Source of the DNA: Candidatus Dojkabacteria bacterium
Lineage (GTDB): Bacteria > Patescibacteriota > Dojkabacteria > J137
Direction of reading: 5' to 3'
Assembly (NCBI GenBank): GCA_030950485.1
Contig: JAUZRK010000025.1
Location: forward strand, 8,236-72,235
Length of the DNA stretch: 64,000 nt
A program made the translations under genes and the position numbers. The notes under the pieces were generated by a model. The model did no database searches. It saw only the letters and a program-made list of their open reading frames with translations, and had not been told where the DNA came from. Of this stretch, positions 1 to 10,356 are shown piece after piece (position 1 is the first letter of the stretch; each line of letters begins with the position of its first letter).

Positions 1-1
1 A

Positions 2-388
2 GCTTCTGTTGGTGAAACATTATTAGAGATGCCAGGTATTGAAGTTTTACTGGGTAATCCAGATTATGGTACTAAGTTAAGTTATGATTCAGAATATGAA
101 CCTCTTTTAGACGACAATGGTACTGCTGTTGTACGATTTGCAGATGTAGAAACTGGTATATACCATTATTTCTTATGTATAGATATAAATAGATTTTTTA
201 AGGAAATAGAAGACAGAGAGCCATATGAATTATTTTATGGGAATGGGCTTCAAGAATTAATAGATGATCTTGGTTACAATGAAGATGGTAGATTACCAGT
301 TAGAGCAAATCTAGCAAATGCAATTCACGAAGGTCCACGAGGTGAAGATAGAAATACAGACGAATCAAAGATAAAATCAATAGTGTAA
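2..388 (+). CDS. Hypothetical acidic protein, probably 5'-partial
   Basis: ORF 29-388; frame stays open back to position 2; no recognisable motif. Confidence 0.55.
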   Translation, partial: ASVGETLLEMPGIEVLLGNPDYGTKLSYDSEYEPLLDDNGTAVVRFADVETGIYHYFLCIDINRFFKEIEDREPYELFYGNGLQELIDDLGYNEDGRLPVRANLANAIHEGPRGEDRNTDESKIKSIV

Positions 389-475
389 TCTAAAACTAAA
401 ATTAGTAATTGAAATTTAAATAAACTCTACATTTACCGAACGAACTCAATTTACTAAATTCCTATACTACATATA

Positions 476-1324
476 ATGGATAATAATTACGAACAAGGTA
501 AATCTCTTGATGATTTCAAATCATCCATTGGTAGCATTGTTGTAAACGAAGCGGGGAATATTTCTAGAGATTTAAGACAAAATTTAGAAGAAATAGAAAT
601 TCATTCTGAAGATGATTTTCGAAATATTGAATTAACCATCTTAGAAGTTCTTAACAAAGTAGATTTAATTGTAAAAGATCATATAACTAAATATGCAGAT
701 AGCTTTGATGTTGATAAAACTGACAATCAATTCACTGAAATAGTTATAGACTCTCAGCTTAAAGCTAGATTATCTATTCTAGATTCAATACTAATTACGT
801 ACATAAAATGCGACTTAAATCATTTTGTAAATAAATATGATTTTGAAAGTTTAGATCTTGCAGTTTCACCTCATGAAACAAATTACAATAAATATGTTCT
901 TGGAGCGCGGATGGTATTAGAAGACTTCTTTTCTCAGTTTCATCTGAATTTAAATTACAAAGAAAAGTTTTTAGTTTCAACATTAATTCAGGCTAAGCTA
1001 ACTAGCCATGAATTATTAGGAGATCCAATAAATGGTAGTAATGATTTAGATCAGATTTTAAAAGCAATATTAACAAATCTTACTAGTCTTGCTATTGCTT
1101 ATACTGAAAATGTTGACTTTAGATATGTACTAAGACTTCTAAATCAAGATGCTACTTACAATGAAGAGCAGTTATTTCAGTTACTAATGAATAGAACACC
1201 AGTTTTAGATAATGGTAGTAGAGGTTTTAATTTAGATAAGTTTGATCAACTAAGAAGAGGAGAAAAAGTTACAATGACTTGCAGCTCAAAAGTTTCTGGT
1301 AATGGTTCATTTAGAATGATTTAG
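476..1324 (+). CDS. Hypothetical protein (orphan)
   Basis: 282-aa ORF, no recognisable motif. Confidence 0.65.
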   Translation: MDNNYEQGKSLDDFKSSIGSIVVNEAGNISRDLRQNLEEIEIHSEDDFRNIELTILEVLNKVDLIVKDHITKYADSFDVDKTDNQFTEIVIDSQLKARLSILDSILITYIKCDLNHFVNKYDFESLDLAVSPHETNYNKYVLGARMVLEDFFSQFHLNLNYKEKFLVSTLIQAKLTSHELLGDPINGSNDLDQILKAILTNLTSLAIAYTENVDFRYVLRLLNQDATYNEEQLFQLLMNRTPVLDNGSRGFNLDKFDQLRRGEKVTMTCSSKVSGNGSFRMI

Positions 1325-1407
1325 ATATAATCTATAATAAAATCTTTCCTAGACTAAAGAATACATTCTAAGATTTAGTGTAAAATGTCATATCAATTGA
1401 TTCAAGT

Positions 1408-2025
1408 ATGGACTTAAATCTTGCCACAACTCCAATTGTCTTCGTCGACTTAGAAACAACAGGCAAATATCCAGATAAGGATAAAGTTATAGAGATAGGG
1501 ATTGTAAAAATTTTAAATTGGAAAGTAATAGAAAAATATTCAAAGATTGTAAATCCTGAGTTACAACTTTCTGATTTTACAACTTCATTTACTGGTATAA
1601 AACAAAGTGATGTAGATAATGCTCTAACTTTTAGTACCTTAATTCCAGAACTTAATAAGATTCTTTCTGACTCATTATTTATTACTTAAAATATAAACTT
1701 TGACTACGGTTTTATTACTAAGGAATTTGAAAGAGCTGGAGAAATATTTAGCTCACCTAAAGTAGATACTATAAAGATTACTAAATATTTTTATAAAAAC
1801 CTTTTAAACTATAAACTAGATACTCTATGTAGGCTAGCTGGAATAGAGATAGAAAGTAGACACAGAGCATATGACGATGCTTATGCGTTATTAGCGTTAT
1901 TAGAGTTATTAGAATTTTTACGAAGAGAAAAAGGTGAAGAAAAACTATTAAAAGCTATTGAGGAAAATATTATTATTCCTGAAAAAGTTAATAATCCTAT
2001 AGATGATCAACTTTCTCTACTTTAG
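1408..2025 (+). pseudogene. DEDDh 3'-5' exonuclease (DNA Pol III epsilon-like) interrupted by in-frame TAA at 1687-1689
   Basis: ExoI FVDLETTG; reading through the stop gives ExoII NINFDY, ExoIII HRAYDDA and C-terminal QLSLL (clamp-binding-like) to TAG at 2023-2025. Confidence 0.85.
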
Positions 2026-2027
2026 CT

Positions 2028-3692
2028 CTACTCAAATAAATTTCTAGCAACCATTGTAGCCGGAATATCCAATCCTAATTTTGTTAAAAGCGTAGGTGCT
2101 ACATCAGCAAGCATTCCCATTTGCACCTCTCTAGCGCTATTTTTATCTTTCGTAATATAGATAATAGGGACAGGATTAACAGAGTGCTTGGTATCAACTC
2201 CTCCAGTTATAAGATTTATAAGCTCCTCTATATTTCCATGATCTGCAGTGATAATTGCTTCTCCCCCTGCATTTTGAATTTCTTTAACTGCTCTTTTTAA
2301 ACATTGATCTGCGACTTCTACAGCTTTGATGGAAGCTTGAAGGTTTCCTGTATGAGCAACCATATCAGTTAGTGCATAATTTACTAATATGAAATCATAT
2401 TTTTTACTTTTTATAGCTTTTACTAAATTATCTGTAATTTCATATGAACTCATTTCTGGCTTTTCATCATAAGTTTTAACTTCTCTTGGAGAAGGAACTT
2501 CTAACCTCTCCTCTCTTTCAAAGATATCTTTTTTTCTACAGTTAAAGAAATAAGTTACATGTGGATATTTTTCTGATTCTGCTAGTCTTAATTGTGATAA
2601 ACCTGCATCTGAAATTAATCTACCTAAGGAATCATCTACTGCTTGAGGAGGGGAAATTTGTTTTTCTGGAAATTGTAGCGTAGCTTTAAGTTCTTGATTA
2701 AAAAGTTCTTTTACCATTTCTGATTCACCACCCTTATCATCAACATCTTCTGTTGCTCTATTCATAACTATTCCTTTTTCATAGTTTGAAAAACCAGCAA
2801 AATATAGATTTTTAAATCTTGTTACCGGAAAACCATAAAAGTTTGGATCTTCAAATGCTTTACTTAATTGTACAGCCCTATCTCCTCTATAATTAAAAAA
2901 TATTAATGCATCCCCTTCTTTTACAGTAGCAGTTGGCATATCTTTTGAAGTGACTACATATGGCTCCAGATACTCATCCCAAACATTTTCTGAATATGAC
3001 ATTTCCACAGCTTTTCTCCAGTTATCTACCATTGTTCCTTTACCACTAACCAATAGATCATATGCAAGTTTGGTCCTATCCCATCTATCATCTCTATCCA
3101 TTGCATAGTATCTTCCGATAACGGATGCAATCTTACCAACACCTATCATTTTTGTTTTTGATTCAATTGCTTCTAGAAAGTCAGCAGCTTTCTGAGGTGC
3201 TGTATCTCTACCATCTGTAAAAGCATGTATAAATACCTTATCTCCTTTTATTTTCTCTCTCTTACAAAACTCTAAACATGCATAAAGATGTTGTATAGAA
3301 GAATGAACTCTACCATCACTAGCAACTCCCATAAAATGAATATCACCTTTATTTTGTCTTGCATGATCTATCGCCTCTAAAAAAATTTCATTCTTATAAA
3401 AAGCACCATCATCTATCTCCTTATCTATTTTTGCTATTTCTTGATATATTATTCTTCCAGCTCCTAGACTCATATGTCCGACTTCACTATTACCTGTTAC
3501 GCCCTTAGGTAGACCTACATAGTTACCTGATGCTTCTAGATATGTGTGTGGAAACTCTGGCCATAGGGAATCTAGGTAGCTTGTATTTGCTAAAGTCACT
3601 GCATTACCTTTATTAGGATCTGCAACTCCAAGCCCATCTAAGATAATTAATACTAAAGGTTTTGGTATATCACTTCGATTTATTGTCTGCAT
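2028..3692 (-). CDS. gpmI: 2,3-bisphosphoglycerate-independent phosphoglycerate mutase
   Basis: LIILDG, GNSEVGH, GRYYAMDRD, ESEKYPHVTYFF, DMVAHTG, TADHGN motifs. Confidence 0.96.
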   Translation of the reverse strand: MQTINRSDIPKPLVLIILDGLGVADPNKGNAVTLANTSYLDSLWPEFPHTYLEASGNYVGLPKGVTGNSEVGHMSLGAGRIIYQEIAKIDKEIDDGAFYKNEIFLEAIDHARQNKGDIHFMGVASDGRVHSSIQHLYACLEFCKREKIKGDKVFIHAFTDGRDTAPQKAADFLEAIESKTKMIGVGKIASVIGRYYAMDRDDRWDRTKLAYDLLVSGKGTMVDNWRKAVEMSYSENVWDEYLEPYVVTSKDMPTATVKEGDALIFFNYRGDRAVQLSKAFEDPNFYGFPVTRFKNLYFAGFSNYEKGIVMNRATEDVDDKGGESEMVKELFNQELKATLQFPEKQISPPQAVDDSLGRLISDAGLSQLRLAESEKYPHVTYFFNCRKKDIFEREERLEVPSPREVKTYDEKPEMSSYEITDNLVKAIKSKKYDFILVNYALTDMVAHTGNLQASIKAVEVADQCLKRAVKEIQNAGGEAIITADHGNIEELINLITGGVDTKHSVNPVPIIYITKDKNSAREVQMGMLADVAPTLLTKLGLDIPATMVARNLFE

Positions 3693-3734
3693 AAAAAAGT
3701 ATACAGTTTTGGGATATAAGACACAAGAAGTAAG

Positions 3735-3765
3735 AAAAACCCCAGAGCATTATTTTATGCTCTGG
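3735..3765 (-). terminator. Probable intrinsic terminator after the YccA-family gene
   Basis: 9-bp stem CCAGAGCAT/ATGCTCTGG with nearby A-run (U-tract on minus strand). Confidence 0.55.
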
Positions 3766-3794
3766 CGTTTGAATTGGTTTGTTTGAAATTCAAT

Positions 3795-4499
3795 CTATTT
3801 TCTTTTCCCAAAAATTCTAAGTAATAGAATGAATAGGTTAATGAAATCTAAGTACAAAGAAAGAGCTCCTCTTATGGCTAGTTTTGAGACATCAATATTT
3901 CTAGATTCAGCTTCTTCTGCAATGTTTTTAAGCTTTTGAGTATCGTACGCTATTAAAGCTATAAAAACAGCAATTCCGATATAAGTTGTTACCCAATATA
4001 AACCTTCACTTTTAAGGAAAAGGTTAATTATAGATGCAATTATGACTCCAAATAGACCCATTATTGCAATACTTCCATATTTTGTAAGGTCTTGTTTTGT
4101 AATGTATCCATAAAGAGCCATTACTCCAAAAGTTAAGAATGTTGCTCCAAATGTTAGCGTTAGACTTTCAGCAGTATAAACTGAGAATACAGCACCAAAG
4201 AATATTCCATTTGAAATTGAATATAATCCAAATAATAAAGCTGAAACACCTACACTAAATTTTTCAGCTCCAGCTGATATTGCTATTACTAAACCAAGTT
4301 CTAAAAAGAATAAAATAGGAAGAACAGTTGCTATAGTATTTGCTAAATCTGCATTATTACTAAGCATGTTTCCTAAACCTAGAACCACTAGAAAAGTAAT
4401 TAGTAAACCTCCAGCCATCCATGCGTATACTTGTGAGATGAATACCGGAAAGTTAGAAAATTTACTTGTTGATTTTTCTATAACCTGAGAATTGTCCAT
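3795..4499 (-). CDS. Bax inhibitor-1/YccA family membrane protein
   Basis: About 7 TM segments; AYDTQKLK and GALSLYLDFINLF signatures. Confidence 0.93.
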   Translation of the reverse strand: MDNSQVIEKSTSKFSNFPVFISQVYAWMAGGLLITFLVVLGLGNMLSNNADLANTIATVLPILFFLELGLVIAISAGAEKFSVGVSALLFGLYSISNGIFFGAVFSVYTAESLTLTFGATFLTFGVMALYGYITKQDLTKYGSIAIMGLFGVIIASIINLFLKSEGLYWVTTYIGIAVFIALIAYDTQKLKNIAEEAESRNIDVSKLAIRGALSLYLDFINLFILLLRIFGKRK

Positions 4500-4633
4500 A
4501 TTTTCTAATTAATATATAAATCTAAATTAATTATACTCCATTTTCTCATTCTATAAAGTATTTATTCTGGCTTTTAGTTGTGAAGATGAAGTCTTTTAGT
4601 TATCATTAATTGTTAATTTTTACAGAGAATATA

Positions 4634-6034
4634 ATGTTATCAGATAAAAAGAATAAAATAGTTTGTACAATTGGTCCATCAAGTTGGGTACCGGAAGTTA
4701 TGGAGAAAATGATTGATGCCGGTATGAACTGTGCAAGATATAACGGTGCGTTCGCGGACTGGGATTCATTAGAGAAGGTAACTAAGTTGGTACGAGACTT
4801 AGATAGTAAAGTTGCTTTAATGATAGATGTTAAAGGTCCTCAGATTAGAATGAATAATTTTGCTGAGGCAGTTGAAGTTAAAATCGGAGACGAATTTGTT
4901 ATTGGTTCTAAAGCTGAACATGGTGTTTTTACAGAGACTTACCCTGATTTATATAAATACCTTAAGCCAGGGCAGAAACTTCTATTAGGTGATGGTGACA
5001 CTGAGCTTGAAATTGTTGAAATAAAAGACAGTAAAATGTTTACTAAAGTTACTTTTGGAACTAAAGTAAAACCAGGTAAAGGAATAACAGCTCCTGGAGC
5101 TGAGTATCCTACTGTAGTATTAACTGAGAAAGATAAAGAAAATATCGAGAATTGTAAAAAATTAGGTTGGGATTTTGTTTCAGCTTCTTTTATAAGAAAT
5201 GCTAAGGATGCCCTAGAAGTGAAAGAAGTTATAGATGGCGAAATGCAATTAATTGCAAAGATTGAGAATGAAGAAGGAGTTGAGAATATAAAGGAAATTG
5301 TTGATGAAGTTGACGGAATTATGATTGGTAGAGGTGATCTTGGTTTACAACTAGGTTTGGAGAGAGTTCCAATGGTTCAAAGAATTGCTGTTGCAGCTTG
5401 TAACGAAATGAGTAAGCCAGTAATTACAGCAACTCAAATGCTAGAGTCTATGATCGAGGCTCCTAAACCAACAAGAGGTGAAGCTAATGACGTTGCTACA
5501 GCAATTTTAATGGGTACAGACTGTACTATGTTGTCAGCAGAAACTACTACAGGAAAATATCCTGTTGAAGCAGTTAGTTTTATGACTAAAATTTCTTACG
5601 AAATTGAAAAGTACAATATGCCTCAGATTATTGACAGTGATTCAAATCATTCAGTAGTAGCTGAAGCATTAACTAAAGCTGGTGCGGAATTATGTATAAA
5701 TTTAGGTGATGAAATAAAAGCTATCATTTGTGTTACTTCAACTGGAAATATGGCTAGATTACTTAGTAGACATTCACTAGATCAGAATATGTATGCTTTT
5801 GTTGAAAATGAAAAAGTTATGAGACAGTTAGCTCTTACTAAAGGAGTTAATGAAGCATTCTTATTTGAAGGACTAGGAGATAAAAGCTCAGATAGAGATG
5901 TCAGTGTTGAAGTTGTAAGAGAAAAAGTAAAAGAATTAGGACTAGCAAAAGAAGGAGAGAAAATTTTCTTAATTTCTAAATCACATGAAGGATCTACATT
6001 CTTTACAGGTGTATTTGAAGTTGTAACTATATAA
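4634..6034 (+). CDS. pyk: Pyruvate kinase (likely start ATG at 4634)
   Basis: KIVCTIGP, IAKIEN, MIGRGDLG, ITATQMLESM, PTRGEANDV, MLSAETT. Confidence 0.95.
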   Translation: MLSDKKNKIVCTIGPSSWVPEVMEKMIDAGMNCARYNGAFADWDSLEKVTKLVRDLDSKVALMIDVKGPQIRMNNFAEAVEVKIGDEFVIGSKAEHGVFTETYPDLYKYLKPGQKLLLGDGDTELEIVEIKDSKMFTKVTFGTKVKPGKGITAPGAEYPTVVLTEKDKENIENCKKLGWDFVSASFIRNAKDALEVKEVIDGEMQLIAKIENEEGVENIKEIVDEVDGIMIGRGDLGLQLGLERVPMVQRIAVAACNEMSKPVITATQMLESMIEAPKPTRGEANDVATAILMGTDCTMLSAETTTGKYPVEAVSFMTKISYEIEKYNMPQIIDSDSNHSVVAEALTKAGAELCINLGDEIKAIICVTSTGNMARLLSRHSLDQNMYAFVENEKVMRQLALTKGVNEAFLFEGLGDKSSDRDVSVEVVREKVKELGLAKEGEKIFLISKSHEGSTFFTGVFEVVTI

Positions 6035-6048
6035 ACTTTTTTGATTTC

Positions 6049-6080
6049 AAAAAGAGACAGGTTATAACCTGTCTCTTTTT
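6049..6080. terminator. Perfect 32-bp palindrome, bidirectional terminator between pyk and lysR
   Basis: AAAAAGAGACAGGTTA|TAACCTGTCTCTTTTT between convergent genes. Confidence 0.85.
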
Positions 6081-6086
6081 CTTTAT

Positions 6087-6937
6087 TCATCGAATTGATT
6101 CTTTAAGTTCTGTAATAAACTTTTCTACTTTTTTAGGTATATAGGCTCCATGTCTTTTTACTAAGACCATTTCTCTAGTAATACTAATATCAACTACTTT
6201 AATTTGATCGCTATCAAATTCTCTTACTGTTTCAATTGGCAGTACACTAAAAGCAATATTTTTTTCGAGTAATTTTAAGGTCACATAGGGGGATGATGAA
6301 TTAATTACTCTTTTTCTAATTTTGAATTTATATGCTTGAAACTATTAGATGAGTAATTGTAAGTAATTGCTAAGTGGTCTTCTAGATCGATAAGATTTTT
6401 ATATTTAATTTTCTTATTAAGAACAAGGCAAAGTTTTTCTTCAATGAACTTTTCTATATGAAAGTTTTTTTCTAAAGCTGAGTAATCAAACGGTTTTGTA
6501 GTAATTGCAGCATCAATTAAGTTTGAACTTATCATTTGTAATAAGTTCGTAGTTGTATCAACATGTATAATTAGATCACTTTCTTTATTAGATAGTTCAT
6601 TTAAGTTGAATAACTGACAGTTTGCTGCAAAGTTTGCAATACTATCAATTAGCCCGATTCTAAAGCTAGACTTTAAGTTGGCTGAGATATCGCTAACTTC
6701 ATTCAACAAATTTTGATAATTAGATTCTACCTTTTTAAATTTATCGTAAATTAATTTACCAGCCTCTGTAAGCTCGAACTTTGTTCTCTTTTTGATTATC
6801 AGTTTTAATCCAAGATATTTTTCTAAGTCATTAATAGACATAGAAATAGCTGGCTGTGATATATGTAGTTTCTTAGCAGCTTTAGTATAAGATTTTTCTT
6901 CTACTACTTTTAAATATTTCTATAAATTATCAAACAT
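6087..6937 (-). pseudogene. LysR-family regulator with nonsense codon and frameshift
   Basis: From ATG 6937: MFDNL*KYLKVVEEKSYTKAAKKLHISQPAISMSINDLEK (LysR HTH), TAG at 6920-6922; second break near 6300 between the two track ORFs. Confidence 0.85.
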
Positions 6938-6950
6938 AAGTAAAGGTTAT
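6936..6950. promoter_or_regulatory. LysR-type recognition box (T-N11-A)
   Basis: ATAA-N7-TTAT (ATAAGTAAAGGTTAT) in the divergent lysR/ino1 spacer. Confidence 0.5.
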
Positions 6951-7030
6951 TTATATATAAATACTATTTAATTTACTTATGATCATAACATAGCAATAAT
7001 CGTTAGTAATTAAATTCTTATATTTAAATA

Positions 7031-7954
7031 ATGAGTAATGACAAAATAAAAATTGCAATTGTCGGTTTAGGCAACTGTGCTTCATCATTAATCCAAGGTA
7101 TTGAATACTATAAAGATGCTAAGGATGATGAATTTATTCCAGGATTAATGCATACAAACTTTGGAGGATATCATATAAAAGATATTGAAGTTGTTTCAGC
7201 ATTTGATGTAAATTCTAATAAAGTAGGTAAAGATATCTCTGAAGCGATTTACGCTGAGCCAAACTGCACTACTATTTTTTCTCAAGTTCCAAAAAAAGGA
7301 GTTAAAGTTTCTATGGGACATAGACTTGATGGTGTTAATAAATATACTGAAGATGTAGTTCCAGTTTCTGACATGCCTGAAGTAGATGTGGTTAAAGTTC
7401 TTAAAGATTCAGGTGCTGAAATTTTAGTAAATTATCTTCCAGTTGGAAGTGAGATAGCAGCCAGATTTTATGCTCAAGCAGCAATTGATGCTGGTTGTGG
7501 TATGGTTAACTGTATTCCTGTATTTTTAGCTTCAACTAAAGAATGGTCAGATAAATTCGAAAAGGCTGGTTTACCAATTATCGGAGATGATATTAAATCA
7601 CAGGTTGGAGCCACTATTGTTCATAGAACTCTTACAAATCTGTACCTAGATAGAGGAATGAAGATACTTAAAACGTATCAACTAAATACTGGAGGTAATA
7701 CAGATTTCATGAACATGCTTGAAAGAGAACGACTTGAAAGTAAGAAGATTTCTAAGACTGAAGCAGTAACTTCAATTATCGAAGGACATAGAGATACTAT
7801 AGATCCAGAGAATGTTCATGTAGGGCCATCTGATTTTGTACCTTGGCAGAAAGACAATAAACTATGTTTCATTAGAATAGAAAGTAAACATTTCGGAGAT
7901 GTACCAACTTATATGGATGTTACTAAAAAAGTACTAGGTTTTTGTGTACTATGA
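7031..7954 (+). pseudogene. ino1: Inositol-3-phosphate synthase, C-terminally truncated
   Basis: [44 protein letters not shown] present; similarity ends after [10 protein letters not shown], the conserved DSPNSAG and later Lys region are missing. Confidence 0.85.
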
Positions 7955-8316
7955 ACTACTGCTCCCTGTGTTGCTGCAATAAGCTCTAATGGCGTACATG
8001 TAAAACTATCTCCATTTATTCCATTAGGTGTATAGTAGGTTATCTTTCTAGCCTTATCCATTGGAACAATACCAGGCTCTCCTTCTCCTTCCAAAAGAAG
8101 ATCAGTGAAAATCTCAGATATTGTATCGCTATTGTAGGTACCTTGCGTTGCTGAACTTAGTTGTCCCTCTTTTTCTGTTACTTCTACTAAACTGTACTTC
8201 TCAACTAATGCATCATGAAATGAGGTAACCATACTTTGTAAAGTATTTCCTAACTGAGCTCCGTTTTGTTGTTCTAAATTAGTCTCTGTCTCTAATGCTC
8301 GTGATACTGGTGCCAT
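7909..8316 (-). CDS. Hypothetical protein, probably C-terminally truncated, overlapping the ino1 tail
   Basis: 135-aa ORF with AT-rich leader; 3' end runs into ino1 coding DNA. Confidence 0.55.
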   Translation of the reverse strand: MAPVSRALETETNLEQQNGAQLGNTLQSMVTSFHDALVEKYSLVEVTEKEGQLSSATQGTYNSDTISEIFTDLLLEGEGEPGIVPMDKARKITYYTPNGINGDSFTCTPLELIAATQGAVVHSTQKPSTFLVTSI

Positions 8317-8435
8317 ATATTATTACTTAAAAAAAGATATAGCAATTATATCTACCAATACTTGGTAACAGAAATTCTTACATTAAAATTACATATCCCT
8401 AAATTTAGATTTAAATTTCTAGTATAATTCACTTA

Positions 8436-9539
8436 ATGAAAAAAATAATAGTTTTATTCTCTATATTAATACTAGGCGCTATTTCTTTAACACCTGCTTA
8501 TGCTCAGGATTCTAATATTCCTGGCGTTGCGGCAACAATCAAAGAGGTGAATGAATTTGAAGATAATGGAATTAGCTACTATAGAATTACACTCGAACTT
8601 GAAGGAGAGGATGTAATAAGTATAATCCCAAAAGATAGTTTGATATATACGCTAGATTATAAAGAAGGAGATAAGGTTAAGGTCAATGAAAGAACTATGG
8701 ATGGTGAAACTATCTACGATATAACTGATTTTAGAAGAACAGACTCGATTTTAATCTTATTTATACTTTTTATACTTATTACAGTATTAATAGGAAAATT
8801 AAAAGGTGGCCTATCATTATTTGGCCTTGGTATTTCTTTTGCAGTAATATTTTATTATATCTTGCCTGAAATATTAGATGGTAAAAACCCAGTGATAGTT
8901 GTAATCTTAGCCTCATTATTAATTATTCCAGTCAACTATTACATTGCACATGGATTTAATTACAAAAGTACTTACGCAGTTGTTAGTACATTAATCACAT
9001 TGATTATTACAGGATTTTTATCTACTTTCTTCGTCAGTTTTTCAAAGCTAAGTGGATTTGCTTCAGATGAAGCACGTGATCTAGTGAATCAAACATTTGG
9101 TGGAGTAAATATACAAAATATTTTACTAGCAAGTATAATAATTGGTCTCCTTGGAATTCTGGATGACATTACTATTTCACAAGCAAGTATAGCTGAACAA
9201 TTAAAGCTTACTAATAAGAAGATTGAATTTAAAGAATTATATTTTAGAACTCTTGAAGTTGGTAAAGACCATATAGCCTCTTTAGTAAATACTCTGATTT
9301 TAGTCTATACAAGTGCATCTCTACCACTTTTACTATTGGTATACAAAAACTATGATGGATTTATAAATACTATTAATGATGAGATGTTAGCAGAAGAAAT
9401 AGTTCAAATGTTGTTAGCAAGTATAAGTCTAATTCTTGCAGTTCCAATTAGCACTTTTATATCATGCTATTTTATAGATAGAAAAGATTGGTATAGCAAA
9501 AATAAAAATTTGGATAATGAGCATTTTCATTCTCATTAA
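8436..9539 (+). CDS. YibE/F family membrane protein
   Basis: Signal peptide, multiple TMs, GILDDITISQAS and DHIASLVNTLILVY motifs. Confidence 0.9.
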   Translation: MKKIIVLFSILILGAISLTPAYAQDSNIPGVAATIKEVNEFEDNGISYYRITLELEGEDVISIIPKDSLIYTLDYKEGDKVKVNERTMDGETIYDITDFRRTDSILILFILFILITVLIGKLKGGLSLFGLGISFAVIFYYILPEILDGKNPVIVVILASLLIIPVNYYIAHGFNYKSTYAVVSTLITLIITGFLSTFFVSFSKLSGFASDEARDLVNQTFGGVNIQNILLASIIIGLLGILDDITISQASIAEQLKLTNKKIEFKELYFRTLEVGKDHIASLVNTLILVYTSASLPLLLLVYKNYDGFINTINDEMLAEEIVQMLLASISLILAVPISTFISCYFIDRKDWYSKNKNLDNEHFHSH

Positions 9540-9567
9540 TTTAAACAAATCAAGAAGTATTTTTTAA

Positions 9568-10356
9568 TTACTTTCTAAAAAGTTTTTTTTGTATTTCCTC
9601 CATAGCTTTTGTTCTTCTAAGACCGTTATCTTCTACTTTATTAAGATACCCCTCATATATTTGATTAATTCCATTTTCATCAGGATCTACCCATTCTTGA
9701 TCTTGAAGTGGCTTTTTCTGATCTTTTATAATAATTTCCCCAAATCTCATACCGTTATCCTTACCATAGTGTTCAGCTGAACAACCATACTCGATCTCTT
9801 TAGTTATTCCTTCTTCTCTTATTACCTTAGTAACAAGCAATACATGGTGAGAGTTTTTTCTTTTCCACTTAGATCTAACTAAATCACCTGGTAAGACATC
9901 TTTCAATGAAACTTTTTTAGAATTAGTTTTATTAGTAATTATCTCCGCACCTAGTTTTTCTACAGGTTTAAGAATATAAGCTATTTTATATAGAATGCCT
10001 TTTCCATATGGTTTGAATTTTCGCCATATATTACCTCCCTTTTCACTCTTATACCAAAAATTTAAAATATGCATTATAAAACCAGAACAATCTATTCCAA
10101 TACCTCTAGACATTAGAAATTCTCTTATTTCATTTTCAGTCATCTCATCAAGATTCATCTTTTTTGTTTTAGCAACAATCATAGCTTCCATTTCAATTTC
10201 CTCAGGAGTTCCTTTACCTACAAGAGCTCTTAAATCCTTAGATTTTTTTAAATTCATGTAGTATGGGCTTTTTACGTGAGTTTTTCCGATTTTTAGCTCA
10301 AAATAGTCATTTATCCTATTAGATATATTTTCAGGTAGTTTTAGTACTTCTTCCAT
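9568..10356 (-). CDS. NlpC/P60-like (papain-fold) cysteine hydrolase
   Basis: GIDCSGF catalytic Cys motif, PGDLV, HHVLLV His. Confidence 0.7.
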   Translation of the reverse strand: MEEVLKLPENISNRINDYFELKIGKTHVKSPYYMNLKKSKDLRALVGKGTPEEIEMEAMIVAKTKKMNLDEMTENEIREFLMSRGIGIDCSGFIMHILNFWYKSEKGGNIWRKFKPYGKGILYKIAYILKPVEKLGAEIITNKTNSKKVSLKDVLPGDLVRSKWKRKNSHHVLLVTKVIREEGITKEIEYGCSAEHYGKDNGMRFGEIIIKDQKKPLQDQEWVDPDENGINQIYEGYLNKVEDNGLRRTKAMEEIQKKLFRK

